Shown piece after piece: positions 9,072 through 18,421 of a stretch of 64,000 nucleotides of DNA (its first letter is position 1; every line of letters starts with the position of its first letter). This DNA comes from an uncultured delta proteobacterium. Its GTDB lineage: Bacteria > Desulfobacterota > Desulfobacteria > Desulfobacterales > SG8-13. A program made the position numbers and the translations under genes. Below the pieces are notes generated by a model. That model was not told the DNA's origin. It searched no databases and worked only from the letters and a program-made list of their open reading frames with translations. The DNA lies in NCBI GenBank assembly GCA_963779885.1, contig CAWAAN010000024.1:78277-142276 (forward strand), written 5' to 3'.

Positions 9072-10193
9072 TCAGTGAAAATTCTCCCGGTAGGCCGCCC
9101 GTTTTTCTTTTGGCCATTGGGGACATATGGCCGGCCGACCTTTCATGACCAATTGGAAACAGGCGTCACACCGGGGGTTGCAGTTCAGGATCTTGTCATC
9201 GTCGCCGCGGCGGGCTTTTTGCGGCCAGTGGGGATCAACCCACAGCATGCGCGCCAGACCAACAAGGTCGGCCTGACCCTTTTGAAGGATGGCCTCGGCC
9301 TGGGCCGGGCTCGCTATCCGGCCGGCGGCGATGACCGGCACCTTGACTACCGCCTTGACCGCCTGGGCCAACGGCACCATGTAGCCGGGGTGACGCGATT
9401 TTTCGACCACCTCCGGCAGGAAAAAAGATTCGTAAGTCCCGCCCATGACCGACAGGTAAGCCGCACCGTTTTCCGCCAGAGCTTTTGCCAGCACGCCGGC
9501 GTCTTCGGGCGTCAGGCCGCCCGGCAGCCATTCATCGGCCAGTAGCCGGTATCCGACCGGAAAATCGCCCACCTGGTCCTTGACGCGCTGCAAGGTCTCG
9601 AGTGGAAAGCGGACCCGGTTTTCGATCGGCCCGCCGTAGGCGTCGCCTCGCAGGTTGGTCCGCGGCGAGGCGAATTGGCTCAGCAGGTATCCGGTGCCGC
9701 CGTGCAGTTCGACCCCGTCGTAGCCGGCTTTCTGCACCCTGGCGGCCGCGCGCGCGAACTGTTTTTGTATCACCTTGATATCATTTGACGACAATTCCCG
9801 CGGAGAACGGCCGAATGCCGCCACGTCGGAGGCCGACACCGGTTCGGCGGCCGCGGCATAGCGCCCGGCATGGTTGATTTGCAGGACCGCCCGGCAGCGC
9901 TGCTCCTTAATAGTTTCGGCAATTTGCGCCAGGCCGCCCAGGTAGCGGTCATGGTCGCAGCGCAGGGTCCGCGGCGACCCGCTTCCGGCCGGCGTGATGC
10001 TGGAGTTCTCTACCACGATCATGGCCGCCCCGCTTTGGGCCATCGTGCGGTAATGCGCCAGCAACAGGGGTGAGACCCTGCCGCCCGCGGCGGCGTAGCC
10101 CAGGTAGAGCGGAGCCATGGTGATCCGGTTCTTCAACCGCAGCCCGTCGATGCTCTTGGTTTTGAACAGTGTTGGATACGCCGGTTTCTTCAT
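9072..10193 (-). CDS. Old Yellow Enzyme-family NADH:flavin oxidoreductase
   Basis: Trimmed to ATG 10193 (AGGAG upstream). Motifs LKNRITMAPL, LQINHAGR and GYDGVELHGGTGYLLSQF are present, plus a C-terminal Cys cluster CNPRCDAC...CPQW. Confidence 0.85.
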   Translation of the reverse strand: MKKPAYPTLFKTKSIDGLRLKNRITMAPLYLGYAAAGGRVSPLLLAHYRTMAQSGAAMIVVENSSITPAGSGSPRTLRCDHDRYLGGLAQIAETIKEQRCRAVLQINHAGRYAAAAEPVSASDVAAFGRSPRELSSNDIKVIQKQFARAAARVQKAGYDGVELHGGTGYLLSQFASPRTNLRGDAYGGPIENRVRFPLETLQRVKDQVGDFPVGYRLLADEWLPGGLTPEDAGVLAKALAENGAAYLSVMGGTYESFFLPEVVEKSRHPGYMVPLAQAVKAVVKVPVIAAGRIASPAQAEAILQKGQADLVGLARMLWVDPHWPQKARRGDDDKILNCNPRCDACFQLVMKGRPAICPQWPKEKRAAYRENFH

Positions 10194-10255
10194 CGCCTCT
10201 CCTTTCTTTTGCGTAGGGGCCGTCGCCACCCGATCTGCCCGGCCAACAACCGCGC

Positions 10256-10681
10256 TCAATCATGGTCTCCCGCAACGATTTGCCGCATTTTCTTGAGACG
10301 CCCGCGACGTTTTTTTTCCGCCAGATGGCGCTCCTTGGACGCCCGGCTCGGACGCGTCTTCACCCGGTGTTTCGGCTTTTGTGCGGCGCGCCTGACCAGC
10401 TGGACGAGACGCTCGACGGCATCCTGGCGGTTGCGCTCCTGGGTTCTGAACCGAGCGGCCTGGATGATCAGCACGCCCTCTGTCGTCACCCGTTTTCCGG
10501 CCAGGCGAATCAGGCGTTCGCGAACCGCCGGGGGAAGCGCTGCGCTGTGGCGCACGTCGAAACGCAGCTGGACGGCTGAAGAGACCTTGTTGACATTCTG
10601 GCCTCCGGGACCCGAAGCCCGGACAAAGTCCATGTGAAGTTCAGCCTCGTCGATGGCAATGGCGGCTGTGACGGGAATCAT
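10256..10681 (-). CDS. arfB: alternative ribosome-rescue factor / peptidyl-tRNA hydrolase ArfB (YaeJ)
   Basis: 141 aa with the GGQ motif in SGPGGQNVNKVSSAV and a basic C-terminal tail (KKRRGRLKKMR). Confidence 0.9.
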   Translation of the reverse strand: MIPVTAAIAIDEAELHMDFVRASGPGGQNVNKVSSAVQLRFDVRHSAALPPAVRERLIRLAGKRVTTEGVLIIQAARFRTQERNRQDAVERLVQLVRRAAQKPKHRVKTRPSRASKERHLAEKKRRGRLKKMRQIVAGDHD

Positions 10682-10816
10682 GGCAGTGGCATTTCTTTTG
10701 GTCGGGCCCCCCGCCCCCGGCCTTCTTGGCCACCAAGCGGCCGGTACGACCGGTGGTGGCAGCTGGCATCCGGCAAATGGCCAACGGGTTTTAGCGCCGC
10801 GAGCCGTGTCGCCGTC

Positions 10817-11121
10817 TCATCCGCGGCGGCCGATTTCGCCCAACCGGCGCCGCTCGATCTCCTTTGCCGCCCGCTGAGGGTCCTGCCGGCGCCGGCCTTC
10901 GCCGTGCAGCGCCAGCATGGTTTCGGCATTCCGGCGGGTGGTGCGGTAGCCGGCATGGGCCGCTTCGTCAATCAGACGCCAGTCGCCGGAGCCGGTAAAA
11001 AGCTGAAAGGCGACCATCAGTTCCCGGAAGAACTCTTTTACCAGACCGTCGAAAAAAGCCGGGCATCTGAAATGTCGCAGTTGCGCCGCACCTGCCGGGT
11101 GATGTCGTCGATATCTATCAT
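10817..11121 (-). pseudogene. possible frameshifted small ORF (unknown function)
   Basis: ATG 11121 gives MIDIDDITRQVRRNCDISDARLF, then a stop. A second frame continues FFDGLVKEFFRELMVAFQLFTGSGDWRLIDEAAH... to 10817. The frames switch at an A6/T6 run (11052-11057). No SD was seen. Confidence 0.25.
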
Positions 11122-11328
11122 GCGATCCGCAACAGGTGACAGGCGGTCATTCTCGCGGTGTCAACCTTTCCGTAAGAAAATTCTCGGCGGCCTTCCGATC
11201 CGCGGCCGGTTCCTCAGATATTGAAAGGGCCATGTGTGTCAGCGCCCGAAAATTGACGGGTGCAGACAAGGGAAAGGACCAAAAAATAAACTGTCACATG
11301 CAGGCGTTACGATACGTCAAGAGAAGTT

Positions 11329-12366
11329 TCATTCGAGCGCGGCTCGCTGCAGCAGTTGTTCATCGGCGAGCAGCCGCGCGGCACCGACCACCCCCGCGCA
11401 GAGAGGATCCGGTGCGATTTTCACATTGAGGCACAGTTCCTGGCCCAGATAGCGGCTGAGATTTCCGAGCAGGGCCACGCCGCCGGTCAACGTGATGCCC
11501 CGGTCGATGACATCCGCCGAGAGCTCCGGGGGGATTTTCTCGAGGACGATTTTTATCAGCCGGGCAATGGCGTCGATCTGGCCGGCGATCGCCTGCGAGA
11601 TATCCCGCGCGGCGATGGTCATGGTCTTGGGAATGCCCGTGTGCGGGTCGCGCCCCCGGATCTCGATTTGTTGATCCATCCGGTTCGACTCGCTGCGGCA
11701 GCTGAGCTGCTGCTTGATGATTTCGGCCGTGCTGTCACCCACCAGAAGCTCGTAGGTGTTTTTGACGTGCTGGCTGATGGCAAAATCCATGTGGTTGCCC
11801 GAGGATTGGATCGCCTGGCAGTAGACGATTCCCAGCAGTGATATGGCCGCCGCCTCGGTCTTGCCGGCGCCGATATCGACAATCATGCTGCAGGTGGCAT
11901 CGGCCACCGGCATGCCCGCGCCAATGGCGGCGGCGACCGGTCCGTTGACCAGCATGGCGGCCCGGGCCCCCACCATTTCCGCCGTTTCCCGGATGGCGCG
12001 TTTTTCGACCTCGGTGATGGCGTTCGGCACGGCGAAGACGATCCTGGGTTTGACAAATTGATGCCGGCCGTGGATCTTGCGGATCAAGAACTTCAGCAGG
12101 GCGGCAATCGCCTCGAAATCGGCGATGACGCCGTCGCGAATGGGATGCACCAGCGTGATGTCGGCCGGCGTCTTGCCCTGCATATCCTTGGCTTCGGTGC
12201 CGAAAGCGATCGCCTTGCTGTGCGACCCGTTCATTTTTCGCACGGCCACGATCGACGGTTCGTTCAACACGACGCCGTGGCCCTTGGCATGGATGCGGGT
12301 ATTGGCGGTGCCCAGGTCAACGGCCAAATCACTCGAAAACGCGCTTAAGATCCCATTGAATTTCAT
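11329..12366 (-). CDS. mreB: MreB/Mbl-family actin-like protein (divergent, no mreCD nearby)
   Basis: 345 aa with DLAVDLGTANTRIH, VLNEPSIVAV, HPIRDGVIADF, VDIGAGKTEAAAIS, ITLTGGVALLGNL. Confidence 0.85.
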   Translation of the reverse strand: MKFNGILSAFSSDLAVDLGTANTRIHAKGHGVVLNEPSIVAVRKMNGSHSKAIAFGTEAKDMQGKTPADITLVHPIRDGVIADFEAIAALLKFLIRKIHGRHQFVKPRIVFAVPNAITEVEKRAIRETAEMVGARAAMLVNGPVAAAIGAGMPVADATCSMIVDIGAGKTEAAAISLLGIVYCQAIQSSGNHMDFAISQHVKNTYELLVGDSTAEIIKQQLSCRSESNRMDQQIEIRGRDPHTGIPKTMTIAARDISQAIAGQIDAIARLIKIVLEKIPPELSADVIDRGITLTGGVALLGNLSRYLGQELCLNVKIAPDPLCAGVVGAARLLADEQLLQRAALE

Positions 12367-12468
12367 GCTTGCCCACGGGCATCCTTTCTGAGCTGTCTGG
12401 TTTCAGGTCGCTTATTTTCCCACAATTCCCGTAAAAAGGAAATCGGAAAAAGCCTTGCGACCGGCCGT

Positions 12469-13179
12469 CTATATGCCCAGATACGCGGTCTTGATGTGCG
12501 GGTCCTCGAGCAGCTCACGGGCCGTTCCTTCCATCGCGGTCCGCCCGTGCTCGAGCACGTAGCCCCGGTCGCTCAAGCCAAGCGAATTTTTCACGTCCTG
12601 TTCCACCAGCAGCACCGTGGTTCCCTGATCCGCAATCTGGCGCACGGTGTCGAATATGCTGCGGATCAATATCGGCGCCAGGCCGAGTGAGGGCTCGTCG
12701 AGCATCAGCAGTTTGGGCCGGGCCATCAAGCCCCTGCCGATCGCCACCATCTGCTGCTCGCCACCCGATAGCGTCATGGCCAGCTGAGACTCTCTTTCCT
12801 TGAGCCGCGGCAGCAGGCTGTAGACTTCCGCCAGGGTCTGGCCCCGCCGCTGGTCGGCGCGGCGGTTGTAAGCGCCGACGATCAAATTGTCCCTCACGCT
12901 CATGAGCGTGAAAAGCCGGCGGCCCTCGGGCACCTGGACGATGCCGCGCTCGACGATCTTTTCGGGCGGCTGGCCGTGGATGGCAAGCCCCTCGAAGAGG
13001 ATGTCACCGCGGGCGGGCGCCATCAGGCCGGAAATGGTCTTGAGCAGGGTCGATTTGCCGGCGCCGTTGCTGCCGATGATGCTGACCACCTCACCTTCCT
13101 CGATGGTGAGGGACAAATCGTAAATCACCTGCACATCGCCATAAAAGACGTCGATGCTTTGCAGCTCAAGAAATGGCAT
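12469..13179 (-). CDS. livF: branched-chain amino acid ABC transporter ATP-binding protein LivF
   Basis: Trimmed to ATG 13179 (MPFLELQSIDVFYG). Walker A is GSNGAGKST, the signature is LSGGEQQM, and Walker B is LLMLDEPS. Confidence 0.9.
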   Translation of the reverse strand: MPFLELQSIDVFYGDVQVIYDLSLTIEEGEVVSIIGSNGAGKSTLLKTISGLMAPARGDILFEGLAIHGQPPEKIVERGIVQVPEGRRLFTLMSVRDNLIVGAYNRRADQRRGQTLAEVYSLLPRLKERESQLAMTLSGGEQQMVAIGRGLMARPKLLMLDEPSLGLAPILIRSIFDTVRQIADQGTTVLLVEQDVKNSLGLSDRGYVLEHGRTAMEGTARELLEDPHIKTAYLGI

Positions 13180-13891
13180 ACTCTTCTCCCAGATAGGCCT
13201 TGACGACGTTCTCGTCGGCCGCGACCCGTTGGGGCGGCCCCTCGGCGATCTTGCGGCCGAACTGGATGACGACCACCCGATCGGAAAGAGCCATGATGGC
13301 GCGCATGATGTGCTCGATGACAAAGATGGTGACCCCCTGGTCGCGCAGCCGGCGGATGATGGCCACCATGTCATCCACTTCGGCCGGCCGCAGTCCGGCC
13401 ATCACCTCGTCGAGCAGCAGCAGTCGGGGTTCGGTCGCCAGGGCGCGGGCGATCTCCAGCCGTTTGCGGTCGGCGATGGTCAGATTGCCGGCGCGGATGT
13501 CCTTGCGGTCCGTAAAATTCAAATAGTCCAGCACCTCCAGCGCCTTCTCGCGGGCCGTTCTCGTTTGGGCGGTGACGGCGAACGCCCCCACCATCACGTT
13601 GTAAAGGACGCTCTTTGTAGCAAAGGGTTTGACGATCTGAAACGTGCGGGCCAACCCGTACCGGCAGAGGTCCCACGGCCGGCGTCCGCTGATCTCCTCG
13701 CTGCGAAAGTAGATGTGGCCCTGCGACGGCGCAAAGACCCCGGCCACGCAATTGAACACCGTCGATTTACCGGCGCCGTTGGGGCCGATCAACCCGAGGA
13801 TCTCGCCTTCTTCGATATCCAGGTTTAGGCCGTCCACGGCGCGTAACCCGCCGAAGTCCTTGGTCAACTGCTGTACTTCGAGAATCTTCAT
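13166..13891 (-). CDS. livG: branched-chain amino acid ABC transporter ATP-binding protein LivG
   Basis: MKILEVQQLTKDFGGLRAV; Walker A GPNGAGKST; LLLLDEVMAGL. It overlaps the livF start by 14 nt. Confidence 0.9.
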   Translation of the reverse strand: MKILEVQQLTKDFGGLRAVDGLNLDIEEGEILGLIGPNGAGKSTVFNCVAGVFAPSQGHIYFRSEEISGRRPWDLCRYGLARTFQIVKPFATKSVLYNVMVGAFAVTAQTRTAREKALEVLDYLNFTDRKDIRAGNLTIADRKRLEIARALATEPRLLLLDEVMAGLRPAEVDDMVAIIRRLRDQGVTIFVIEHIMRAIMALSDRVVVIQFGRKIAEGPPQRVAADENVVKAYLGEEYAIS

Positions 13892-13894
13892 TAG

Positions 13895-14902
13895 TCAGGT
13901 TTCCATGGCTTTCGGCGTCAAGACCCGCGCCTGCACCTTGCGATAGATGCGCGTCAACGGTTCCTGGAGTCCCCGCGGCTGAAACAGCATCACCAGGATC
14001 AGCACCGCCCCGAATATGACCAGGTGCAGCCCGGGCAGGGTGGCACCGAAATAAATCCGTGAAAAATCGCTCACCGGACGCAGCAATAAAGCGCCGAGCA
14101 CCGGCCCCGCGATCGATCCACGACCGCCGATCAGGGCGATGAAGGCAATTTCGAAGGACAGGTCCAGGGAGATGATGCTCTTGGGATGGATGAAGAGGGT
14201 GAACTGAGCGTAAAAGGTACCGGCCAGCGCCGTGAGAAAGGAACTCAGCGCCATGGCCACGAGTTTGACCCGCGCCACGTTGATCCCCAGCGCCATGGCG
14301 GCCTCGGGCTCCTCTCCGCCGGCCGTGAGAAGGTAGCCGAGCTTGGAGCGCGAAATGAACCACGTGATGGCCAGCACCCCCGCCAGCATCACCAGGATGA
14401 TGTAGTAATACGGCACCTTGCTGATGAACATGAAATTGACAAACCCGGTCTCGAGCGGCGGAATCTGCAGGCCGCGCGGACCGTTGAGGGTAAACGGGCC
14501 CAGGTGGTCGATGTTTTCCACCATCACCCGCAGGCCTTCGGCAAAGGCGATGGTCGCCAGGGCGAAATAGGCCCCGCGCATTTTCAACGTCGGAAACCCG
14601 ATGATGATGCCCGCGATCGTCGCCAGCACCCCACCGATCAGCATGCCGATCCAGGGGCTGAGGCCGTATTGCAGCCACAGGATGGTCGAGGTGTAGGCAC
14701 CGATGCCGACGAAGGCGGCATGACCCAGGGGCAGAACGCCGGCAAAGCCGCCGACCAGGTTCCAGCTCGTGGTCAGGTAGGCATACAGCCAGAGCAGAAC
14801 CAGGATGTGAAGATACGTCGCGCTGCGCACCACCAGCGGCAGGCCGAAAGCGATAATGGTCACCCCTGCCAAAGCCATGGCGTCGAATTTTTCTCTCGTC
14901 AT
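13895..14902 (-). CDS. livM: branched-chain amino acid ABC transporter permease LivM
   Basis: Listed 591-aa ORF trimmed to ATG 14902 (MTREKFDAMALAG...), because its upstream part is an out-of-frame overlap with livH. Multi-pass membrane protein with GHAAFVGIGAYT. Confidence 0.85.
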   Translation of the reverse strand: MTREKFDAMALAGVTIIAFGLPLVVRSATYLHILVLLWLYAYLTTSWNLVGGFAGVLPLGHAAFVGIGAYTSTILWLQYGLSPWIGMLIGGVLATIAGIIIGFPTLKMRGAYFALATIAFAEGLRVMVENIDHLGPFTLNGPRGLQIPPLETGFVNFMFISKVPYYYIILVMLAGVLAITWFISRSKLGYLLTAGGEEPEAAMALGINVARVKLVAMALSSFLTALAGTFYAQFTLFIHPKSIISLDLSFEIAFIALIGGRGSIAGPVLGALLLRPVSDFSRIYFGATLPGLHLVIFGAVLILVMLFQPRGLQEPLTRIYRKVQARVLTPKAMET

Positions 14903-14934
14903 GCCGCACGCCTTTTTTTGTTGAAACGGCCGGT

Positions 14935-15822
14935 TTACCAGTCGTATTTCACGCCGAACAACCCGGACGGCCTGACGAACAGAAACAGCAGAAAGAGGCC
15001 GTAGACGATGGCCTCGGTCCAGGTGGCCGTCATGAACTGGGGCGCCACCGACTCGATCAGCCCGATGATGATGCCGCCCAGAATCGCGCCGCCGATACTG
15101 CCCAAACCGCCCAGCACCACGATGATGAACCCCTTGATGTCGAAAAGGACCCCGACGGAGGGAAATATGTTGTAAAACGGCACCAGCGTGACCGCGGCGA
15201 TGCCGGCCGTGGCCGTGCCGATGCCGAAGGCCACGTTGTATATCCGGTACTGGTTGATGCCCATCAGGCTGGCCGCTTCCCGGTCCAGGCTGGTGGCCCG
15301 GATGGCCCGCCCCGTGCGGGTTTTCTGAAAAAACAGATAGATGACGGCGGCCGTGAGCATGGCGGTCGTAAAGCCCCACAACTTCGGCACCGAAATCAGT
15401 ATCTGGCCGAACTCCAGCATTTGGCCTTGCAGGGGATTGGCCTGGATGCTGCGGTACTGCGGGCCGAATATCAGCAGGGCCAGGTTGTCCAGAACGTACC
15501 ACAGCCCGGTGGTGACAATAATGACCGTGATCGGCTCGCGGACGTTCTTTTCGGCCTTGAAGATCGGCTTGATGAGGATGTCCTGCAGGTAGTACCCAAA
15601 CAGAAACATGACCGGAATGACGAACACCAGCGCCAGGTACGGGTGCAAACCGCTCAACCTGACCGCCCAATAGGCCACGTACATGCCGACCATCAGCAGC
15701 GATCCGTGGGCAAAGTTGATCACTTTAAGCACCCCGAAAATGATGGTCAGCCCCAGGGCGGTCAATCCGTAAATGGAGCCCATCAAAATGCCGTTGATGG
15801 CATCTTCCAGTATGTACATCAT
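14935..15822 (-). CDS. livH: branched-chain amino acid ABC transporter permease LivH
   Basis: Trimmed to ATG 15822 (MMYILEDAINGILMGSIYGL), with GGAG upstream. INFAHGS motif present. Confidence 0.9.
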   Translation of the reverse strand: MMYILEDAINGILMGSIYGLTALGLTIIFGVLKVINFAHGSLLMVGMYVAYWAVRLSGLHPYLALVFVIPVMFLFGYYLQDILIKPIFKAEKNVREPITVIIVTTGLWYVLDNLALLIFGPQYRSIQANPLQGQMLEFGQILISVPKLWGFTTAMLTAAVIYLFFQKTRTGRAIRATSLDREAASLMGINQYRIYNVAFGIGTATAGIAAVTLVPFYNIFPSVGVLFDIKGFIIVVLGGLGSIGGAILGGIIIGLIESVAPQFMTATWTEAIVYGLFLLFLFVRPSGLFGVKYDW

Positions 15823-15850
15823 GATCGTCTCCTGAACCAGCGAACCGCGC

Positions 15851-17104
15851 TTACGGCATGGGAAAGACCGGGGTGTATTCCGCGCGCCGAGCCGCTTTGG
15901 GCCACACCGTAATGCGTTCCAGTCCGTTGCCCAGATCGTTGACCTGGACGATCGACAGGGCCGCATGTTTGTTCTGGCCGCTGGCGTCGAATTCGATCGC
16001 ATCGTAGGAGGCGATCATGGCCGGGCCGCTGCGCAGATCGGTTTGGGCCAGGGCGGCACGGATTTTTTCCGGATCGAGCGACCCGGCACGCTCCAAGGCA
16101 TCCCTGATGACATACATGGCGATGTACGCATCCACCGATTCGCCCGCCAGGTTGTACCCGTAGCGCGACTTGAACTTGGCGTTGATCTCCTTGACGCCCG
16201 GTTTGTTGACGTCGGTCTCCCATTCGACGATGTCAAAGAGGTAGCGGGCGTTGTCGCCGGTCGCCTTCAGGAAGGACGGGTCGGCATGGCCGCCGCCGCT
16301 GGCAATGATGGCCTTGGGCTTGACCTTGTAGTCGGCCAGGGTGTTGGTGAGAAGGATGGCGTCGGCGGCGTTGGACACCAGCATCAGCACATCGGGCCGG
16401 GCGCGCCGGATCTTCTGCACCACCGGGCTCAGGTCCGTGGCCGTCGATGGATAGGGCTCGTCCAGCACGATCTTGTAGCCGTTTTTCTCGGCCAGTGCGC
16501 GCCACTGGCCGGCAAAACCCTGCCCCCAGTCACCGTTCTCATAAACAAACGCCAACGTTTTGATCTCGGTCTTGAATTCCTGCTGGATATCCTTCAGGAA
16601 GGCGAACTGGTCACGGGTCCACCAGCTGTCCTTGGCGGCGATCCGGAAGATGGTCTTGAAGCCCTGCTCGGTGATCTTGTCGGCCACCGACACCGGCACC
16701 ACGAATGGGATCCCGTAGCGCTCGGCCACGGCGCTGGTCGGATAGGTGACGGCCGAATTCCAGCAGCCGGTCAGGAGGTGAACATTTTCGGTGTTGATCA
16801 TGCGCTCGGCTTCCGCCACCCCTTTTTCCGGCTTGGACTCGGAATCGGCATACAGCATCTCCAGCTTGGCGCCGCCCAGGGATTTGATGCCCCCGGCCGC
16901 ATTGATCTCTTCGACCGCCATGTCGCGTGCATTTTTCCCCTGCTGCCCCACCGATGCCGAGGGGCCCGATAGCGGGATGATATTGCCGACCCTGACCACC
17001 TTCTCCGCGGCCTGCAGGCCGGTGCCACCCGCGAATACCAGCATGGCCACCGCGACCGTCAAGCACAGCCCCACGTGATACGACTCGCTTTGACTACTTT
17101 TCAT
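15851..17104 (-). CDS. ABC transporter periplasmic substrate-binding protein (LivJ/K family)
   Basis: Trimmed to ATG 17104 (AAGGAGG upstream). It has a signal peptide and then VRVGNIIPLSGPSASVGQQGKNARDMAVEEINAAGG, typical of type-I amino-acid binding proteins. Confidence 0.85.
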   Translation of the reverse strand: MKSSQSESYHVGLCLTVAVAMLVFAGGTGLQAAEKVVRVGNIIPLSGPSASVGQQGKNARDMAVEEINAAGGIKSLGGAKLEMLYADSESKPEKGVAEAERMINTENVHLLTGCWNSAVTYPTSAVAERYGIPFVVPVSVADKITEQGFKTIFRIAAKDSWWTRDQFAFLKDIQQEFKTEIKTLAFVYENGDWGQGFAGQWRALAEKNGYKIVLDEPYPSTATDLSPVVQKIRRARPDVLMLVSNAADAILLTNTLADYKVKPKAIIASGGGHADPSFLKATGDNARYLFDIVEWETDVNKPGVKEINAKFKSRYGYNLAGESVDAYIAMYVIRDALERAGSLDPEKIRAALAQTDLRSGPAMIASYDAIEFDASGQNKHAALSIVQVNDLGNGLERITVWPKAARRAEYTPVFPMP

Positions 17105-17134
17105 GATGACGCCTCCTTGTTGACTGTTAACCAT

Positions 17135-17665
17135 TCACGGTCCCTCGGACCGCCATGACGTTAAAAAAACCATTTTATTTTTTTTATACTTGTAGGGTTT
17201 GACCTTGCTGGTCAGCGTCATCCCCAGGTAGGTGCGCCCGTGAAAGGCATTCTCGAAGGCGATGATGGCTTGCCGCCCGGTCTGGTAGCGGGCGATCTTG
17301 ACGGCATTTTCAACGGCCTCGGCACCGCTGTTGGCCAGCATGGCCGATTTCTCGAAATCGCCGGGGACCAGCTCGCAGAGCCTCTGCGCCAGCCGCACCG
17401 CCGGCTCGTAAGGCAGAACCATGAAACAGGTGTGCGTGAATTTTTCGGCCTGCTCCTTGATCGCCGCCACTATGCGCGGATGCGAGTGGCCGACGTTCAT
17501 CACGGCGATACCACCGGTGAAATCGATGTATTCGCGTCCCGTCATGTCATAGATCATGGCGCCCTCGGCCCGGGCGACATAACAGTCGGTGGCGCTCGCA
17601 AACCCTTTGGCCATCACCTTGTCCCGCAGCGCGGTCAACGACTCGGCAGTGGGGATTGTTTTCAT
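17135..17665 (-). pseudogene. truncated class-III (GABA/omega-type) aminotransferase, N-terminal ~165 aa only
   Basis: YIDFTGGIAVMNVGHSHPRIV, ANSGAEAVENAVKIAR and FHGRTYLGMTLTSKVKPYK match the first third of ~430-aa class-III aminotransferases. Homology ends at an AT-rich tract (17164-17192) and the frame stops at 17135. The PLP-lysine region is absent. Confidence 0.75.
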
Positions 17666-17741
17666 CGGCTCTCCTCCGGCATGTTTTTATTAAACAGACT
17701 ACAGGGGTCAACCCTTCAGTCAACTGCCTCCGGCTAAAGGC

Positions 17742-17843
17742 CCAAGGTTTGGGGTTCAAGGATTCGAGGATCCGAGGGGCCAAGTGAAAAAGACCCTTTC
17801 CGAACCTTTCCTTGAACCCTTGGACCCTGGACCCCTCGGATCC
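17742..17843. repeat. cluster of short inverted repeats with ~7-nt periodicity
   Basis: GGATCCGAGGGG (17768-17779) is perfectly complementary to CCCCTCGGATCC (17832-17843). CCAAGG..GGTTCAAGG (17742-17760) is complementary to CCTTGAACCCTTGG (17810-17824). The arrangement is interleaved rather than a simple hairpin. Confidence 0.6.
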
Positions 17844-18421
17844 TTATGGCGACATCATCCATTAAACTGAAGTCTTAGTATGGAAAGCAAAGGCTTTTTT
17901 CCCATTCTCCGAAGTGGGACAATAAAAACGCAGGTGGCCACAGCGCTGGACAGGTTATATCCCATGCGCAACACCGAAAGCAAGGGGCGGCACTGCCGAC
18001 CATTGGCAGTGTTATTGCATAAACTGGCACCACAGTGGGTATGGCGCAAACACCCCATGACGGTCGGATCGCGGTAAGCGTTCACAGCGCACCGCATCGG
18101 CGGCGTTGTCGGGCAATTGACGTACAACCGTCCGCCTGCGTGCCCGACGCCTGGCCTCTGCGACACTCTGTAACGGCTACAAATAGGTTATTTGAAGCGC
18201 ATCGAACTGTGCAATCCAGCGAACAGTTACGGATCGCGGCGCCTTTGACGGACCGCGCCATCGGGCCTTGATTGCCAGCTGTCCGGAAAAAGGTCACCGG
18301 ACGTTAGAGGCCCGTGAAAAAAATAGTGTGAGAGTGTGGTGTTAACTGCATACTTCCTGTGGAAATTGGGATAGAGTAATTGGGAAATATTTTACCGTCG
18401 GCTGCCCAACACACTGAATAA

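Noticed and set aside
10634-11224. 196-aa plus-strand ORF
   Set aside because: It starts antisense within arfB, its translation is Pro/Arg/Ala-rich, and it has no motifs.
14903-15670. N-terminal 256-aa extension of the listed 591-aa ORF (13895..15670)
   Set aside because: The extension overlaps livH out of frame and has non-membrane, Arg/Gly/His-rich composition. The LivM homology and membrane character begin at ATG 14902.
17742-17845. Possible CRISPR-like or tandem array, suggested by the 7-nt periodic GAACC-type units here and at 32070-32095 and 46570-46600
   Set aside because: The units are only 7 nt, contiguous and without spacers, and no cas genes are present. They are classified as simple or dispersed repeats instead.
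17855-18297. Several 60-100-aa ORFs on both strands in the long intergenic region
   Set aside because: They have no SD sequences and mutually overlap. The translations are Cys/Arg-rich and non-protein-like. They are treated as non-coding; see the finding on this region.
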